A stretch of 64,000 nucleotides of DNA. It comes from an uncultured Planctomycetota bacterium. GTDB taxonomy: Bacteria; Planctomycetota; Planctomycetia; Pirellulales; Lacipirellulaceae. Below are positions 41,492 to 52,483 of the stretch, piece by piece (position 1 is the first letter of the stretch; each line of letters opens with the position of its first letter). The position numbers were made by a program, and so were the translations under genes. Where the stretch lies: the NCBI GenBank assembly GCA_963719315.1, contig CAVRBU010000002.1:608001-672000 (forward strand), read 5' to 3'. Under the pieces are notes generated by a model, which saw only the letters and a list, made by a program, of their open reading frames with translations, did not search any database and had not been told where the DNA came from.

Positions 41492-44400
41492 TTACCATCG
41501 ATCGACGCTCACGACGACGCGGCCTCCGTCGAGCAACGCAAAGAGCTGATCGACTTCGTCACAATGCTCGACCGACGATTCAGTGTGCGCATCGAGCGAA
41601 TCGGCGAAAGGTGAGGTCGTTGGAGTACGGCGGTCGAGCAGCAGCGACAGATTCGCGGATTCGGCCGCGGTTAGCGACGCAATCGGCGGTGAAACGGGCC
41701 GCACCTCGAAGTTGCGCGGTCCCAGTCGCGATCGCACCGGCCTCGATCGCGACTGCATTCACGGCCGATGCATTATTCGACTCATTGGGGGGCGACACGC
41801 TTGTCGCGCTCGGCGCGGGCACGCTCACGCTGGCCGCGGCCGCGAATACGTCCGCGTCGGCTCCGCTGCCGGGGTCGAGACCACCGTTTGGCACGCCAAC
41901 GGCACCGAAGTTTGCGCGCAAAATGTGTAGTCCGCTTGATCGACGATCCCGTTCGGCACGCCGACCGTGGGACCGCTTCCGTCGGCTTGCGGGTTCGTCG
42001 TGCCGAGCGTCTTGCGCCAGAGAACGTAGTCGGAGGCGTCCACCACTCCGTTCAAGTTGTAATCACCAGCCGTGAAAACTCGGCCCGGCGAGCCGACGTC
42101 GGCGTTAGAAAAAGTCCCGCCCGTCGGCGAAACCGCCTTGGCAGTAGTCGTAGAGCGAGCCCAGTTCGAGCCGACGTTGTTATCCGCTGCCAAATTCTTC
42201 AGATAGATGCTCGGCCCGTCGGCCGCCGAGGGCCACGGGCTAGTGTCGTCGTAATTGACGACGTCCACTTCCACGCCGAAATTATCGAGCAATTGCAAGA
42301 TTTCGTTTGTTGCGCTCGGAGTGTTACCGAGGCTGCCCCAATCGATTCCAATCACCAAGGAACTCGCCGGCACGGACCACTCCGCGCGAAACGTGGCCGC
42401 TGTCGCAAATGCGGAATCGAAGAATACGGCCACCTGATTCGGGTTTAATATAGTGCCGGACGGAATGGCGCCCCAGTTCGTCGCGTCCTCGTCGTCGAAC
42501 AGCCAGCCGCTGAGATCGGTGGCTGACGCGCCCGTGTTGACGATCTCGATCCACTCACCGACGCCCGGGCTCGTTTCGTCGGAGGCCGGGTTGTACATCA
42601 GTTCGCTAATCACGATCGACGTGGACGACGATAAATCATTGTCGACAATATTGGCGATCACACTGCTAACGGCGAGCCCGTTGTATTGGCTGTCGGCGCT
42701 GGTGACGGTGTGCGTGATGACCGAAGTGTGATTACCCTCGATGGCCACGTCATCGACAGCAGAGACGGTGATCGTTTGCGGAATTAACGCATTGGCGGGA
42801 GTGAATGTTAGTGCGATCGCCACGCCGGGACCAGCACCGAGGTCGGTCTGATCGTCGGGATCGACCGTAATTTGCACATTTGCTGTGGGGATCGAGACAA
42901 GTGCAAGCTGGTAACTATCACTTGCGCCGCCTTCCTGTACATCCACTCGCGACGCGCTTTGCAGGATGAGCACGCCAAACGGCAAGGCCTGGTTAAATGT
43001 TTCGGGCGTCGGAGCTTGCGCAACGTATTTGGTAGTATCCAGCGGCATGCCGCCATCGGGAACGCGCGATAAGGATTGCAACGTTCCCATGCCGTTTTGA
43101 TTCTCGTTGACCTGTGGTTGGCCAGGATTGAGGGCATCGATCAGATCCTGATCCAATGTGGCGCCTGTGTTGTAGACAATTGCGTCGCGGAGGTGACTGG
43201 TGGTGGGAGCGGAGTTGTTGGGCCATGGATTGGGAGCAATTGCCAACTCGGCGGCGGTGTAGTGATACAAGCCAACACCGTCGGGGCCGTTTTGCAATGT
43301 GTTATTGCTAAAGGTTACATCTGGCGTCGGAGTGACGCCGGTATTGCCCAGCACAAAAAACCCGGCGGCGTTCGTTTGCATGCCGTCGAGATCAAACGAA
43401 GAATACGAACCGTTGTTGGCCGCGTTCCCGTTAAAAAACACGACGAAGTATCCATTCAACGAAGCATTGCCGACGCCGCCGTCGTACAGCTCGACGAACT
43501 CCATCGAGTCGATGCCCGATTGGTCGGAGTCGAGCTCGTTGATGACGATTTTGGGCGCGTCGTTATCCACGATGGCTACCAGGACATTCGCAACCGCCAA
43601 GCCGCTGTACGCGGCGTCGGTGCTAGCGGATGTATGTGTAATCAGACCGGTATCATCGCCTTCCTCAACCGCGTCATCAGCCGCATGCACCACGACCGTT
43701 TGCGGCGTCAGCGCGTTGGCGGGCGTAAAAGTGAGCTGCGTGGACGCTCCGGCGCCATTGCCGACATCGAGCTGCGAATCGGGCGTTACGGTGACGGTGA
43801 CATTCGCGCTTGGCACCGTGTCGAGCACGATTTGGTACGTATCATAGAGCCCCCCCTCGACGACCTTCGTACCGCCGAGCGTCTCGGCGATTCGCACGTT
43901 TGGCGTCGAGACGATGACCTGATAGTCGGCCACCACCGGCAAGTGGTCGCTGGCCGCCACTAATGCGTCGAGCACTGTTGGACTCGCGCCGGTTCCGGTA
44001 GTGATTGCCGCGTCGAACGTGTGGGTCCCATTATTTCCGAACACGTGATACGAGTTGCTGACGTAATCCACACCGACGCCATCGAATAATTCGCCCGTGG
44101 CAAACTGGATGTCGAAGCGATCATCCATCGAGGTCCGCGGGTCTTGCGAGTGCAAGCTTTTAAATGCCGGATTGTTGTCCCAATCGCCCGGCGCATCGGC
44201 GACATCTTGCAATTGGCCGGCACCCGCCGATACGAAATTGGCATACGCGGTCTCGGCGCTGGATTGCATGTTGAAGTCGCCGACGAATAGCACCTGAGCG
44301 CCTTCGCCGAGCGAATCGGCGTCGTCGCGGAGAAAGGCCGCTTCGGAGCCGCGGAGAGTGGCATCCGAACCGGAGCCGCCTGACTTCAAATGAATACTAT

Positions 44401-44890
44401 AGACGTAAAATACGCTTGTGGTCGGCGAGCCGACGGGCTGAAACTTGCCGCGCAAAACATTGTGCGTCAGTGTTCCCGAGCCGACCTGGACCGACTCCAA
44501 CAGTGAAACGCTGGAAGTGTCGTACACGAAACCCGTGCTGTCGCCGCCGCCATCGATCGGGGTCACTGCCGAAACGTAATTGGTCGAAGGGTACAGGGCA
44601 TCGAGAACGGACTCGATCCGGCCAATCGAGTTGCCTCCGGGCCCTGGACCGTCGGTCTCCTGCAACGCGAGGATATCGATGCGTTGCGTATTGCCCGCAA
44701 CAGTTTCGTCGCCGATCGCTTGGAGCACCGTCGAGAAATTGGCGTCGCCGGTGGCATCATTCGGACCGTTGAGCGTATTCCAATCCACGATCCGCATGAC
44801 GGCGAGCAGATCGCGGCGCTCGAGCACTTCGAAGCCCAGCCGCCGACGAAACATAGAAGCGCTAAGGGCTCGAAAAGAGCGAAGAATCAT
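41492..44890 (-). CDS. Secreted EEP-family (endo/exonuclease/phosphatase) protein with Calx-beta-like, lamin-tail and dockerin-like modules; C-terminal frameshift(s) from 41919
   Basis: RRRLGFEVLERRDLLA motif; WN...LALQE, HLKS, VGDFN, SDHLPV catalytic motifs; IVINELD/IVISELMYNP LTDs; GDYNLNGVVDASDYVLWR. True stop (41492 vs 41580) uncertain. Confidence 0.88.
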
Positions 44891-45051
44891 GCCACTGTTC
44901 CTGATCCGCGACGCCCAGCGCAGCGCCGGGTCGCAAACCGCATTTTAACCTGCCATTGCAGAACGCGACAAAGATTTTTTTGCCGCTTTCCGCACCAATA
45001 ACGGCTTAAACCACCGCCTTTAGCTACCGGCAGAGCCACGCAAGAGTGGCC

Positions 45052-45543
45052 TTATGGCTTGTCGCTTGACTTCGCATCGGCGCGGGCTCTCGAAGAGAAG
45101 ATTTTGGCAATGCTTCCACGAAAGCCGTTCAAAATTGACTTGTACGCGGCAGACTCCGCTTCGTATTGCTTTTGGGCAACGTCGCGACGATTGATGGCCC
45201 CGGATATTTCGTCTATGAATTTTCGATCCAGCGGATTGGTTGGATCGACCTGAGAAGCCATCGTCTTCTGAAAGCCGGAGACAATCTGTCCGTACCGCTC
45301 GTGGCGCTCTTGCGGATCGGTCGCACTCTGATAGGCTTTTACCGCCGTTTGGACTTCCGGAGTGGTCTTATCCGAGTCGCCTAGCAGCTTTAACAAGCGC
45401 TGCTCATGTTTGTGCATTTCATCGTCCGCAAGTTCTACTCGATGGCGGGCGTTGGCGGCGGTGCGCAAGCTGTCCCACGTGTAGGCTGCTGCCAGCAGCA
45501 GCATCATTCCCACGATCGCGAAAGGCAGAATTAACTTCTTCAT
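45052..45543 (-). CDS. LemA-like helical membrane-anchored protein
   Basis: ATG overlaps lemA stop (ATGA); N-terminal TM; GAINRRDVAQKQY...Y resembles the LemA C-terminal helix. Confidence 0.7.
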   Translation of the reverse strand: MKKLILPFAIVGMMLLLAAAYTWDSLRTAANARHRVELADDEMHKHEQRLLKLLGDSDKTTPEVQTAVKAYQSATDPQERHERYGQIVSGFQKTMASQVDPTNPLDRKFIDEISGAINRRDVAQKQYEAESAAYKSILNGFRGSIAKIFSSRARADAKSSDKP

Positions 45544-46095
45544 GAGAGTTTTACCACTGGTGGTTCTTGAACTTCCGCATCGGGCACGTCGAAATACGCC
45601 CGTTCCGAAAAATCCTGAATACCGGCAACAACGTTCGACGGCGCGGATCGGATCAGGTTCAGATACATGTTGACCGTTTGATTGTAGGAATGCCGTCGCT
45701 CGGCGATTCGGTTTTCGGTCTCGGTCAACTCTTTTTGCAGATTGAGAAAACTCTGGTCGGCGCAGCTGTGGGTAGTTCTCGGCAAGGACCATGATGCTAC
45801 TGATCGTGCGCCTGAGATCGGGCTCGGCGGAATTGGCTGCCGTGGCGTCGCTAAAGGGGCGCGCCTGCGTCCGCAGGGCAGCCACTTGCGTGAACGTTTC
45901 GCGTTCGTACTTGGCGTAGCCTTTGGCGATTTCCACGAGATTTTGGATCAAATCGAGCCGGCGCTTGAGTTCCACCTCGATGTGCGACCACGCCTGGTCG
46001 ACGGCGTTGCGCGCCTTGGTTAAGGAATTATAAGTGAGAACATACCACAGAACGACTACGCCGCAGAACACGGCCGCTGCTATCGTAAAGTACAT
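45540..46095 (-). CDS. lemA: LemA family protein; frameshift near 45761
   Basis: YNSL...AWSHIEVELKRRLDLI-x-NLV, ENYPQL(R)ADQSFLNLQKELTETENRIAERR-x-x-YN. Confidence 0.92.
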
Positions 46096-47342
46096 CACCA
46101 CCCTCCTCCGGCCCCGCCGCCGCCGCTGGAACCCCCACCAAACCCGCCGCCGCCCCCGCCCCCAAATCCGCCGCCACCGCCGAATGAACCGCCGCCGTTC
46201 GAGCTGCTCGATGTGGACATAACCGGCTGCGGCGGGAGGATGATTGTGCGTACGGTCTTATGATTGCATGCCACGCACCGGCCATCTACCGTTGCGATCC
46301 CGCTTTGAATTGTGGTGGCGGGACGTACGATACGCTGAGAATCTTCCTTAAACGTGCGCCCGTGGCATTTTTCGCACTTCGAGTAACCGGAAAACCGATT
46401 GATGTACTCCTCCGTGTCTTGGTTTAAACAGGCAGGACAAATCCACACGTCGTAGTCGACCGAGCCGATCTTCTCTTCCAACTGCTGAACGGAAGTTAAT
46501 TTCGGATCGTCATCTTGCTCGCTCAATAGCTCCAACTGCGTGCCGCACTTCGAGCAACCGTGTGGGCCGAAGCGCCGGTACTTCGTGTAGTTGTAACCCC
46601 AAGTCGCGATCGAAGCAGCGGCCGCGCCGCCGAACAACACGAGCGGTTGCTGCGCCCGCGGTGTGCGCCACAGGAAAAAAGCGGCAACGAGGAGCAGAAT
46701 CGCGACGATCGTCGTTGTCAGCGCGAAAGCGGTCGTCGAATAGAGCCGCCGAACAACGACGAGAAACGCAATGACGAGCATCGCCAGCGCGGCGGCGGCC
46801 ACTACGCCCGTGGCCGCAAGTGCCCGGTGCCGCGCGGTTCGGGCCAACATCGGCGCCGAATTGGGATCGCCGCGCGCCGCCGCGGGGTCGGACAGCAATA
46901 CCGTCGCCAGTTGATTGGCGCCGTCCCGAATGCCGGCCGCGTAATCGCCCCGCTTGAAGTGTGGGATCACGTTCTTGTCGCGAATCTCTCCGCAAAACGC
47001 GTCGGTCAGCAGCGGCTCGACTCCGTAACCGACGGCGATCCACATCCGCCGCTCGTTCGGAGCAATCAGGAACAACACGCCGTTGTTCGTCGCGCGTTGA
47101 CCGATACCCCAATTGTTGAACAACTCATTCGCATACGACTCGACCGTCTGGCCATCCAAAGATTTCACCGTCACGATCGCCAACTGGGCAGTTGTCTGAC
47201 GTTCAACGTCGCGGGAGATTCGCTCCAGCTCTGCTTGCTGGTCGCCCGAGAGGAGGTTCGCGAAATCGTGGACGCGCGCAGCGGGATTCTGCGGTTGCAC
47301 GACCGCCAACACCACCGCTGCGATGAGGCCCATGAATAGCAT
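46095..47342 (-). CDS. TPM-domain (YgcG-like) membrane protein with Zn-ribbon motifs and Gly-rich tail
   Basis: VHDFANLL, WGIGQ...NNGVLFLIA...VGYGVEPLLTD; four CxxC pairs; GGFGGGSSGGGGAGGGW end. Confidence 0.92.
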   Translation of the reverse strand: MLFMGLIAAVVLAVVQPQNPAARVHDFANLLSGDQQAELERISRDVERQTTAQLAIVTVKSLDGQTVESYANELFNNWGIGQRATNNGVLFLIAPNERRMWIAVGYGVEPLLTDAFCGEIRDKNVIPHFKRGDYAAGIRDGANQLATVLLSDPAAARGDPNSAPMLARTARHRALAATGVVAAAALAMLVIAFLVVVRRLYSTTAFALTTTIVAILLLVAAFFLWRTPRAQQPLVLFGGAAAASIATWGYNYTKYRRFGPHGCSKCGTQLELLSEQDDDPKLTSVQQLEEKIGSVDYDVWICPACLNQDTEEYINRFSGYSKCEKCHGRTFKEDSQRIVRPATTIQSGIATVDGRCVACNHKTVRTIILPPQPVMSTSSSSNGGGSFGGGGGFGGGGGGGFGGGSSGGGGAGGGW

Positions 47343-47489
47343 GCTCGAGGCTCCTGCGCCCGCTCCAGCCTTAGCAGTAGTTCGCTGGGAAAGCGGCCTG
47401 CTTGGCACTATACCAGCGCAGCCAGCCATCCGAACACACTTCGTTTCATCCAATTATCCGGACAACCCCCATCGACTCGCACCGCGCAC

Positions 47490-47516
47490 AAAAAAAGCCC
47501 CATCGCTCTGGGGCTT
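47490..47516 (-). terminator. Intrinsic terminator after tRNA-Ala
   Basis: aagcccca...tggggctttttt on the minus strand. Confidence 0.75.
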
Positions 47517-47534
47517 GGACTGAAGCATAATAAG

Positions 47535-47607
47535 TGGAGGATAGCGGGCTCGAACCGCTGACCTTTTGGCTGCCAGCCAAACGCTCTCCCAACTGAGCTA
47601 ATCCCCC
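47535..47607 (-). tRNA. tRNA-Ala(GGC)
   Basis: GGGGGAUUAGCUCAGUUGGGAGAGCGUUUGGCU-GGC-AGCCAAAAGGUCAGCGGUUCGAGCCCGCUAUCCUCCA; G3:U70 pair; CCA not encoded. Confidence 0.97.
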
Positions 47608-47757
47608 ACGGAATCGTCACCTGAAAAGTATCAGTCAACTTGCCAGGTGTCAACCGCAGGGCGCGGGTGTCAGGCTTTCTTGCCGGACGAATTTGTCTGT
47701 ATCGTCGGACTGGAACGCCTGACTTGCGGCGCGGACGGCGTCGGGCCGGAATGCCCG

Positions 47758-48792
47758 ATGGACATCATGCATTCACACGCACGACGGACCGCCCTTACCG
47801 GGCTCAAGATCGCGCTCGCCCTGGCCATCCTTGGCTATCTGGTGATCCAGGCCCGCGACCCAATCGCGCAGTTATCTGAAAAGACGATCGACTGGCGGTT
47901 TATGGCCGCCGCGCTCCTGTGCTCGTTGGTAACCGCTACGCTCGGTTTCGTGCGCTGGCACATCTTGGTTCGCGCGCTGGATATCGGCGTTCGACTGGTC
48001 GATTCGCTACGACTCGGCGCGTTGGGGTTCGCGCTGAACTTCGTGTCGCCGGGGTCGATCGGCGGCGATTTCTTCAAGGCCGTCTTTCTCGCCCATGGTC
48101 AGCCGGGCAAACGCACGGAAGCCGTGGCCAGCGTCGTGGCCGACCGTGTCACCGGTTTGTTGACGCAACTTGTCATCGCCAGCAGCGGAATCCTGATGGT
48201 CGGGTTGCTCCAGGCAAAGTCTCCGTCATTGCGCCTGCTGTGCCAGACAATTCTAATTGCCACGGCAATCGGGTGGGCTGGGTTCTTATTCGTCATGTTC
48301 GCGGGCCGGCCTCTGGGAGCCTGGATTCGTGGCCGTGCCGAAGCCATTCCAGTCGTCGGCAAGACGGGGGCGCGACTGCTAGGCGCTGTGGACATCTATC
48401 GCGGACGCAAGCGAATGCTCTTCGGTGCCTTCAGCGTTTCCGTCGTCATGGTGCTGTGCTTCGTCACGACATTCTACTTGGTGGCTCGCGGGCTGCCGAT
48501 TCATGAGCCGTCTTGGTCGGAGCATCTGGTGATTGTGCCCGTGGCCGGTTTGGTCGGGGCGATTCCGCTCACGCCCAGCGGCTTGGGTACGACGGAATTC
48601 GTGGTCGAAGAACTGTATAAGACGATGCCGGGCGGCGCCGAGGTGGTCACGGGCGACGGCACGCTGGTCGGGCTTGGCCGCCGCGCGACAGATATTGTCG
48701 TGGCGCTCTTCGGGCTAGGGTTCTATTTGAGCCACCGCCGCGAAGTGGATGAAGTTTTCGCCGAAGCCGAGCAAGAGGCAGACGAAGTGTAG
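47758..48792 (+). CDS. Lysylphosphatidylglycerol-synthase TM / flippase-like protein (UPF0104)
   Basis: RW-x-x-L, LNFVSPGSIGGD-x-x-K, SVVADR, IPLTPSGLG-x-x-E; multi-TM. Confidence 0.88.
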   Translation: MDIMHSHARRTALTGLKIALALAILGYLVIQARDPIAQLSEKTIDWRFMAAALLCSLVTATLGFVRWHILVRALDIGVRLVDSLRLGALGFALNFVSPGSIGGDFFKAVFLAHGQPGKRTEAVASVVADRVTGLLTQLVIASSGILMVGLLQAKSPSLRLLCQTILIATAIGWAGFLFVMFAGRPLGAWIRGRAEAIPVVGKTGARLLGAVDIYRGRKRMLFGAFSVSVVMVLCFVTTFYLVARGLPIHEPSWSEHLVIVPVAGLVGAIPLTPSGLGTTEFVVEELYKTMPGGAEVVTGDGTLVGLGRRATDIVVALFGLGFYLSHRREVDEVFAEAEQEADEV

Positions 48793-48887
48793 ACTTCTCG
48801 CTCCGCTCGCAGATTTTCCGCTCGCAGAGCGAGCGGCCTAAACTGGCCAGCGTATTGCCGGCGTTCGGACGTGCACCCCGATGACTT

Positions 48888-51185
48888 CTATTTCTCGTCG
48901 TCGAACGACTCGCTAAGAATCCGCTGGTAGACCATCTTCGCGTGGTCGTATGCCTCCCGAGCGGCCGTCCGTTCGGATTCGCGAATTTGCGGTGACTTCG
49001 ATTTCCAGCACCGCTCCACGGCATCCAAGCACCACTGAGCGCTCCGCTTGCTGGCACGAATCGGCTGACCATCGACCTCAACGAAAATCGGGTTCGTGTG
49101 CGCCGCCGGAAAAATGCGGAGTGCGATCCAACTCGAGCGTTCGGGCACGTACTCGAATTCCACATCGCTCGTCCGTCCGTCGGCGTCGATCAGCTTCTGA
49201 TCCACCGCCTTGCCATTGACTACGAGCTCGACCGGCACCTGCCGCGTTCCTTTGACGCGGGCTCGCTCAATATTCCAATACGGCTTCTTGCTCAAATCGC
49301 GCGTCAGAATATCGTCCGACGTGGGCAGCTCGTCGAGCAGCCCGGCGGCCCGACATTTGATCTTGAGCTTTTGCCCGCGCTTTGCCGCCAAGACGCTTTT
49401 GCGATCTCCGTTGCCCGGCTCGCCCACCCCCAAACCATCGATCTCAAAATCGAATAAGTGCGTGCGCCCGTCGCCGCAGTAGCTTCGCCCGTCGCGAACG
49501 CCGTCGACCCAGCGGTCGAAATCGAGCGGCTCGTTGGGCCGCATCTTCACGTACACTCGCCCCAGCCCGACACGCTCGCCTGAAATGCATGGAAAATCGG
49601 TCTCACCGCTGATCCGCGTTGTGAAACCGCAGTTCAGCGTGTGGTACCAGATGTTCAGCTCCCACACGATCGGAGTATCGACGGTCGAAATGAAATCGCA
49701 AGCATTGTGCGTGACATCGACGATGTACTCGTTGGCGCCGATCCCGTCGAACGGGGGCATGTCGAATGTCGGCAAGTGATCGGCGGGCACCGCCAGACCC
49801 CAACCGCTGTGTGCGAACCCGACCACGCCACCCTGCCCTTTGGCCCACTGCAAGATGGGTAGATCCCAACTGGGCCAGTCTTCGATTCGCTTGGTGTTCG
49901 GATAATCGTCCTCTTTGAGCCGGAGCAGCACCAGGTGGCCGGCGTGAGAGCTGGGGAATCCGGAAACCTCCACGTCGTACCGCATGACGTTCTGCGGTGT
50001 AGAGAGCTTGCTCACCTGGCCATCGAAGTGCTGCTTCTGATAATACCAGCACGGCCCCCAAGTCAGCACGCAGCCAACATTGAGGTCCTCGCCGACGATG
50101 TGCCGCATCATGTCTGCCGGCTCCACGCCTTGCGTAGGCGATGAATAGTGCGCGCAACCTGCCGCATGCACGTGATGATCGCCCGAGTACCAGCCCGCCT
50201 CCGCCATGTTGATCCAGCGCTTGAGTTGGAACTCTTGGGTCTGGGGCTCCGCTGCCGTCACGTCGATCTCTCGCTCCAGCACGCGATACTCCGGACCGCG
50301 AGTGTAACGAACGCGATACTTGCCGGGCGGCAGTAATACTTCCTCGCCGTCGCGGCGATACACCTGGTCGTGGAAGAAAAAGTCGGGCGCCAATCGGCGA
50401 GCCCGGGCCGGATACACACGCCCACGGCTATCGCGTATCGTGAACTGGCCCGTGGTGGGCGTACCGTCGTCGTCGAGCACTTTCAATTTCACTTGGGCAC
50501 ACGCCTCGCAGTCAAATAGCGCGTTGACCTCGTTACGAAAACCCAAGTCCTGCGTGCCCTGCCCCACATCGAACGCCAGCTTGGCCTCTCGCCGCCCGCG
50601 GTCGCGGCTGTATAACTCGATGACGCAATACTCCAGCTCCAGCCCGGATAGCCGCTCAGCCAGCGGCGGCTCACGATCGATGCTCACGTCCATCCATCGC
50701 TGCACTACATCGCCCTGTGAAATCTTTTGCGGCGGCTCGGCGCTATTGTTCGAGTCGTGCAGCGACGCCGCATTTGGGCTCGAACATCGCAGTGGGGCCG
50801 TCACACCCGCCCGGTTGTCAACTTTCACCAGAAACGTCCGCCAGCCTTGCTCGACAAGCTGCAAGGGCGCCGGGCCAAGCTGCACCTTGACGCGACTCTC
50901 AGGATTGATCTCAACGACCGCCAGGCACAACGGATCAAGTACCTGCTGGATCTTCTCGACGGCCTTCGCGGGTTCTTGGGTGGACAAAGCCACCTGCAAG
51001 GCCGCCTGCTGCTCTTTAGAGAGAGGCGACCCGGCCAACTCAAGCGCCTGAACCACCCGCTCCACCTGTGCGGCCAACGGCTGAAACTCCACACCGCGAA
51101 CGATCGGAAGACTCTCCGCCCAGAGTGAATTCGCGATTGCGATGCACAAACAGGCCGCAAAAAGTGCTGTTCGTCCGACGCGCAT
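48888..51185 (-). CDS. Secreted CehA/McbA-family metallohydrolase
   Basis: Signal peptide; GWYSGDHHVHAAGC, SHAGH, GFAHSGWG, SGETDFPC, GLGRVY, AHTNPIFV. Confidence 0.85.
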   Translation of the reverse strand: MRVGRTALFAACLCIAIANSLWAESLPIVRGVEFQPLAAQVERVVQALELAGSPLSKEQQAALQVALSTQEPAKAVEKIQQVLDPLCLAVVEINPESRVKVQLGPAPLQLVEQGWRTFLVKVDNRAGVTAPLRCSSPNAASLHDSNNSAEPPQKISQGDVVQRWMDVSIDREPPLAERLSGLELEYCVIELYSRDRGRREAKLAFDVGQGTQDLGFRNEVNALFDCEACAQVKLKVLDDDGTPTTGQFTIRDSRGRVYPARARRLAPDFFFHDQVYRRDGEEVLLPPGKYRVRYTRGPEYRVLEREIDVTAAEPQTQEFQLKRWINMAEAGWYSGDHHVHAAGCAHYSSPTQGVEPADMMRHIVGEDLNVGCVLTWGPCWYYQKQHFDGQVSKLSTPQNVMRYDVEVSGFPSSHAGHLVLLRLKEDDYPNTKRIEDWPSWDLPILQWAKGQGGVVGFAHSGWGLAVPADHLPTFDMPPFDGIGANEYIVDVTHNACDFISTVDTPIVWELNIWYHTLNCGFTTRISGETDFPCISGERVGLGRVYVKMRPNEPLDFDRWVDGVRDGRSYCGDGRTHLFDFEIDGLGVGEPGNGDRKSVLAAKRGQKLKIKCRAAGLLDELPTSDDILTRDLSKKPYWNIERARVKGTRQVPVELVVNGKAVDQKLIDADGRTSDVEFEYVPERSSWIALRIFPAAHTNPIFVEVDGQPIRASKRSAQWCLDAVERCWKSKSPQIRESERTAAREAYDHAKMVYQRILSESFDDEK

Positions 51186-51314
51186 GGTTATAATACAGAC
51201 AAACTACGACGATTGAGGCCCGCTACGGGAAAAAAGGCCGTCTCGACCGATGTCGTGACCGTTGTGTAGTCGTGATTATACTTCAAAACCTGGCACGGCA
51301 CGAAGCCGAGCGAG

Positions 51315-51388
<74 letters not shown>

Positions 51389-51548
51389 GTGGTGATCGGC
51401 CTAAGCTCTATCGCTGGGCCAACTTGCAGACGACTCGCGGCCACCAGCGGTTCGCTGGACCCACCATCATGCCGGAAATCGGCGGTGGGGGCAAGGCGTG
51501 CCAAGAATCGGTGGTGTCCTAATTTGGCGCCGTTCGGACCGGAACTAT

Positions 51549-51599
51549 GTAGCACGGACTTCAGTCCATACGAGAATCACGGACTGAAGTCCGTGCCAC
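51549..51599. repeat. GTAG REP pair
   Basis: gtagcacggacttcagtcc ... ggactgaagtccgtgccac. Confidence 0.85.
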
Positions 51600-51842
51600 A
51601 AGCTTGTTGTGCCGCAAATTAGGACACTACCCAAGAATCGGCGCGATACCGCTTTTCCGTGACGCATCTGGCCAAAAAAATCGTTCCTCATCGAATAGAT
51701 AGGCCAAGGAATTATCCTACGCGAACGATCGTGTCGTCGTAGTCCGGAGCACAGATCGATTGATTGATGTTGGCCAATCCGGATTAGCGACAAATAAGCA
51801 GATCGGCCTGGCGCTTGGGGTGCGCCCCGTCGAAACGCAGCA

Positions 51843-52074
51843 CTACTTCGGACTCAACTCCCAAAACGTCAGCACATTTCCGAACGGTTCGGAGATCGAC
51901 ATCTCGCGCGTGCCCCACGGTGGTGCTTCGATCCCCGGCCGCGCGTTCTTGTACTTCTTCGCCAACAGCAAATGCTGAAATTCATCCAGCCCGGTCGTCT
52001 CGATACGCATAGAACTCGCGGGCCTTCACCTCGTCGAACATCTGTAACGTCGGTGTGATCTTCCCCAAATGCAT
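51843..52074 (-). pseudogene. Glyoxalase/bleomycin-resistance (VOC) family pseudogene with internal deletion
   Basis: MHLGKITPTLQMFDEVKAREFY abuts, out of frame, RIETTGLDEFQHLLLAKKYKNARPGIEAPPWGTREMSISEPFGNVLTFWE. Confidence 0.75.
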
Positions 52075-52153
52075 GGCGTCACCCTTCTCACATTACGCTT
52101 TCCGTCGGCGCGTTCTCTGCATTTTCGACGGTTCCACCGCCGGCACAAGACAC

Positions 52154-52196
52154 AAAAAAGCCGCGGAAGCCTTGAGGGGACAAAGGCTTCCGCGGC
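52154..52196 (-). terminator. Strong intrinsic terminator
   Basis: gccgcggaagcctt...aaggcttccgcggc-tttttt on the minus strand. Confidence 0.9.
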
Positions 52197-52483
52197 CGCG
52201 GGAGGGAGGAGATTCGGCTACGAGCCGATCGGAGAATGCTGCCGGCCAAAAGAAGCAATCGGCGCGCCCAAATCGGCGGCAATTCAAGTGGTGGCCTGGC
52301 AACAGCGCGAAGTCGCTATTCTTGCCGAGGTGAACAGCAATGGCCGTGGTCCACCGGCTGCGACAGAACTCTCCCGATGTTTCGCAACTGCCACCGCTCA
52401 CGAAGAACCACGTTGCGAAATCACCTCACCGGGCGGCAACCAGAAAGAAGGGCAACCAGAAGATGGAAAACCCACCCGCGCGA

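Noticed and set aside
45052..46101. 349-aa LemA fusion ORF
   Set aside because: Artefact of the lemA frameshift reading into the next gene; these are two separate genes.
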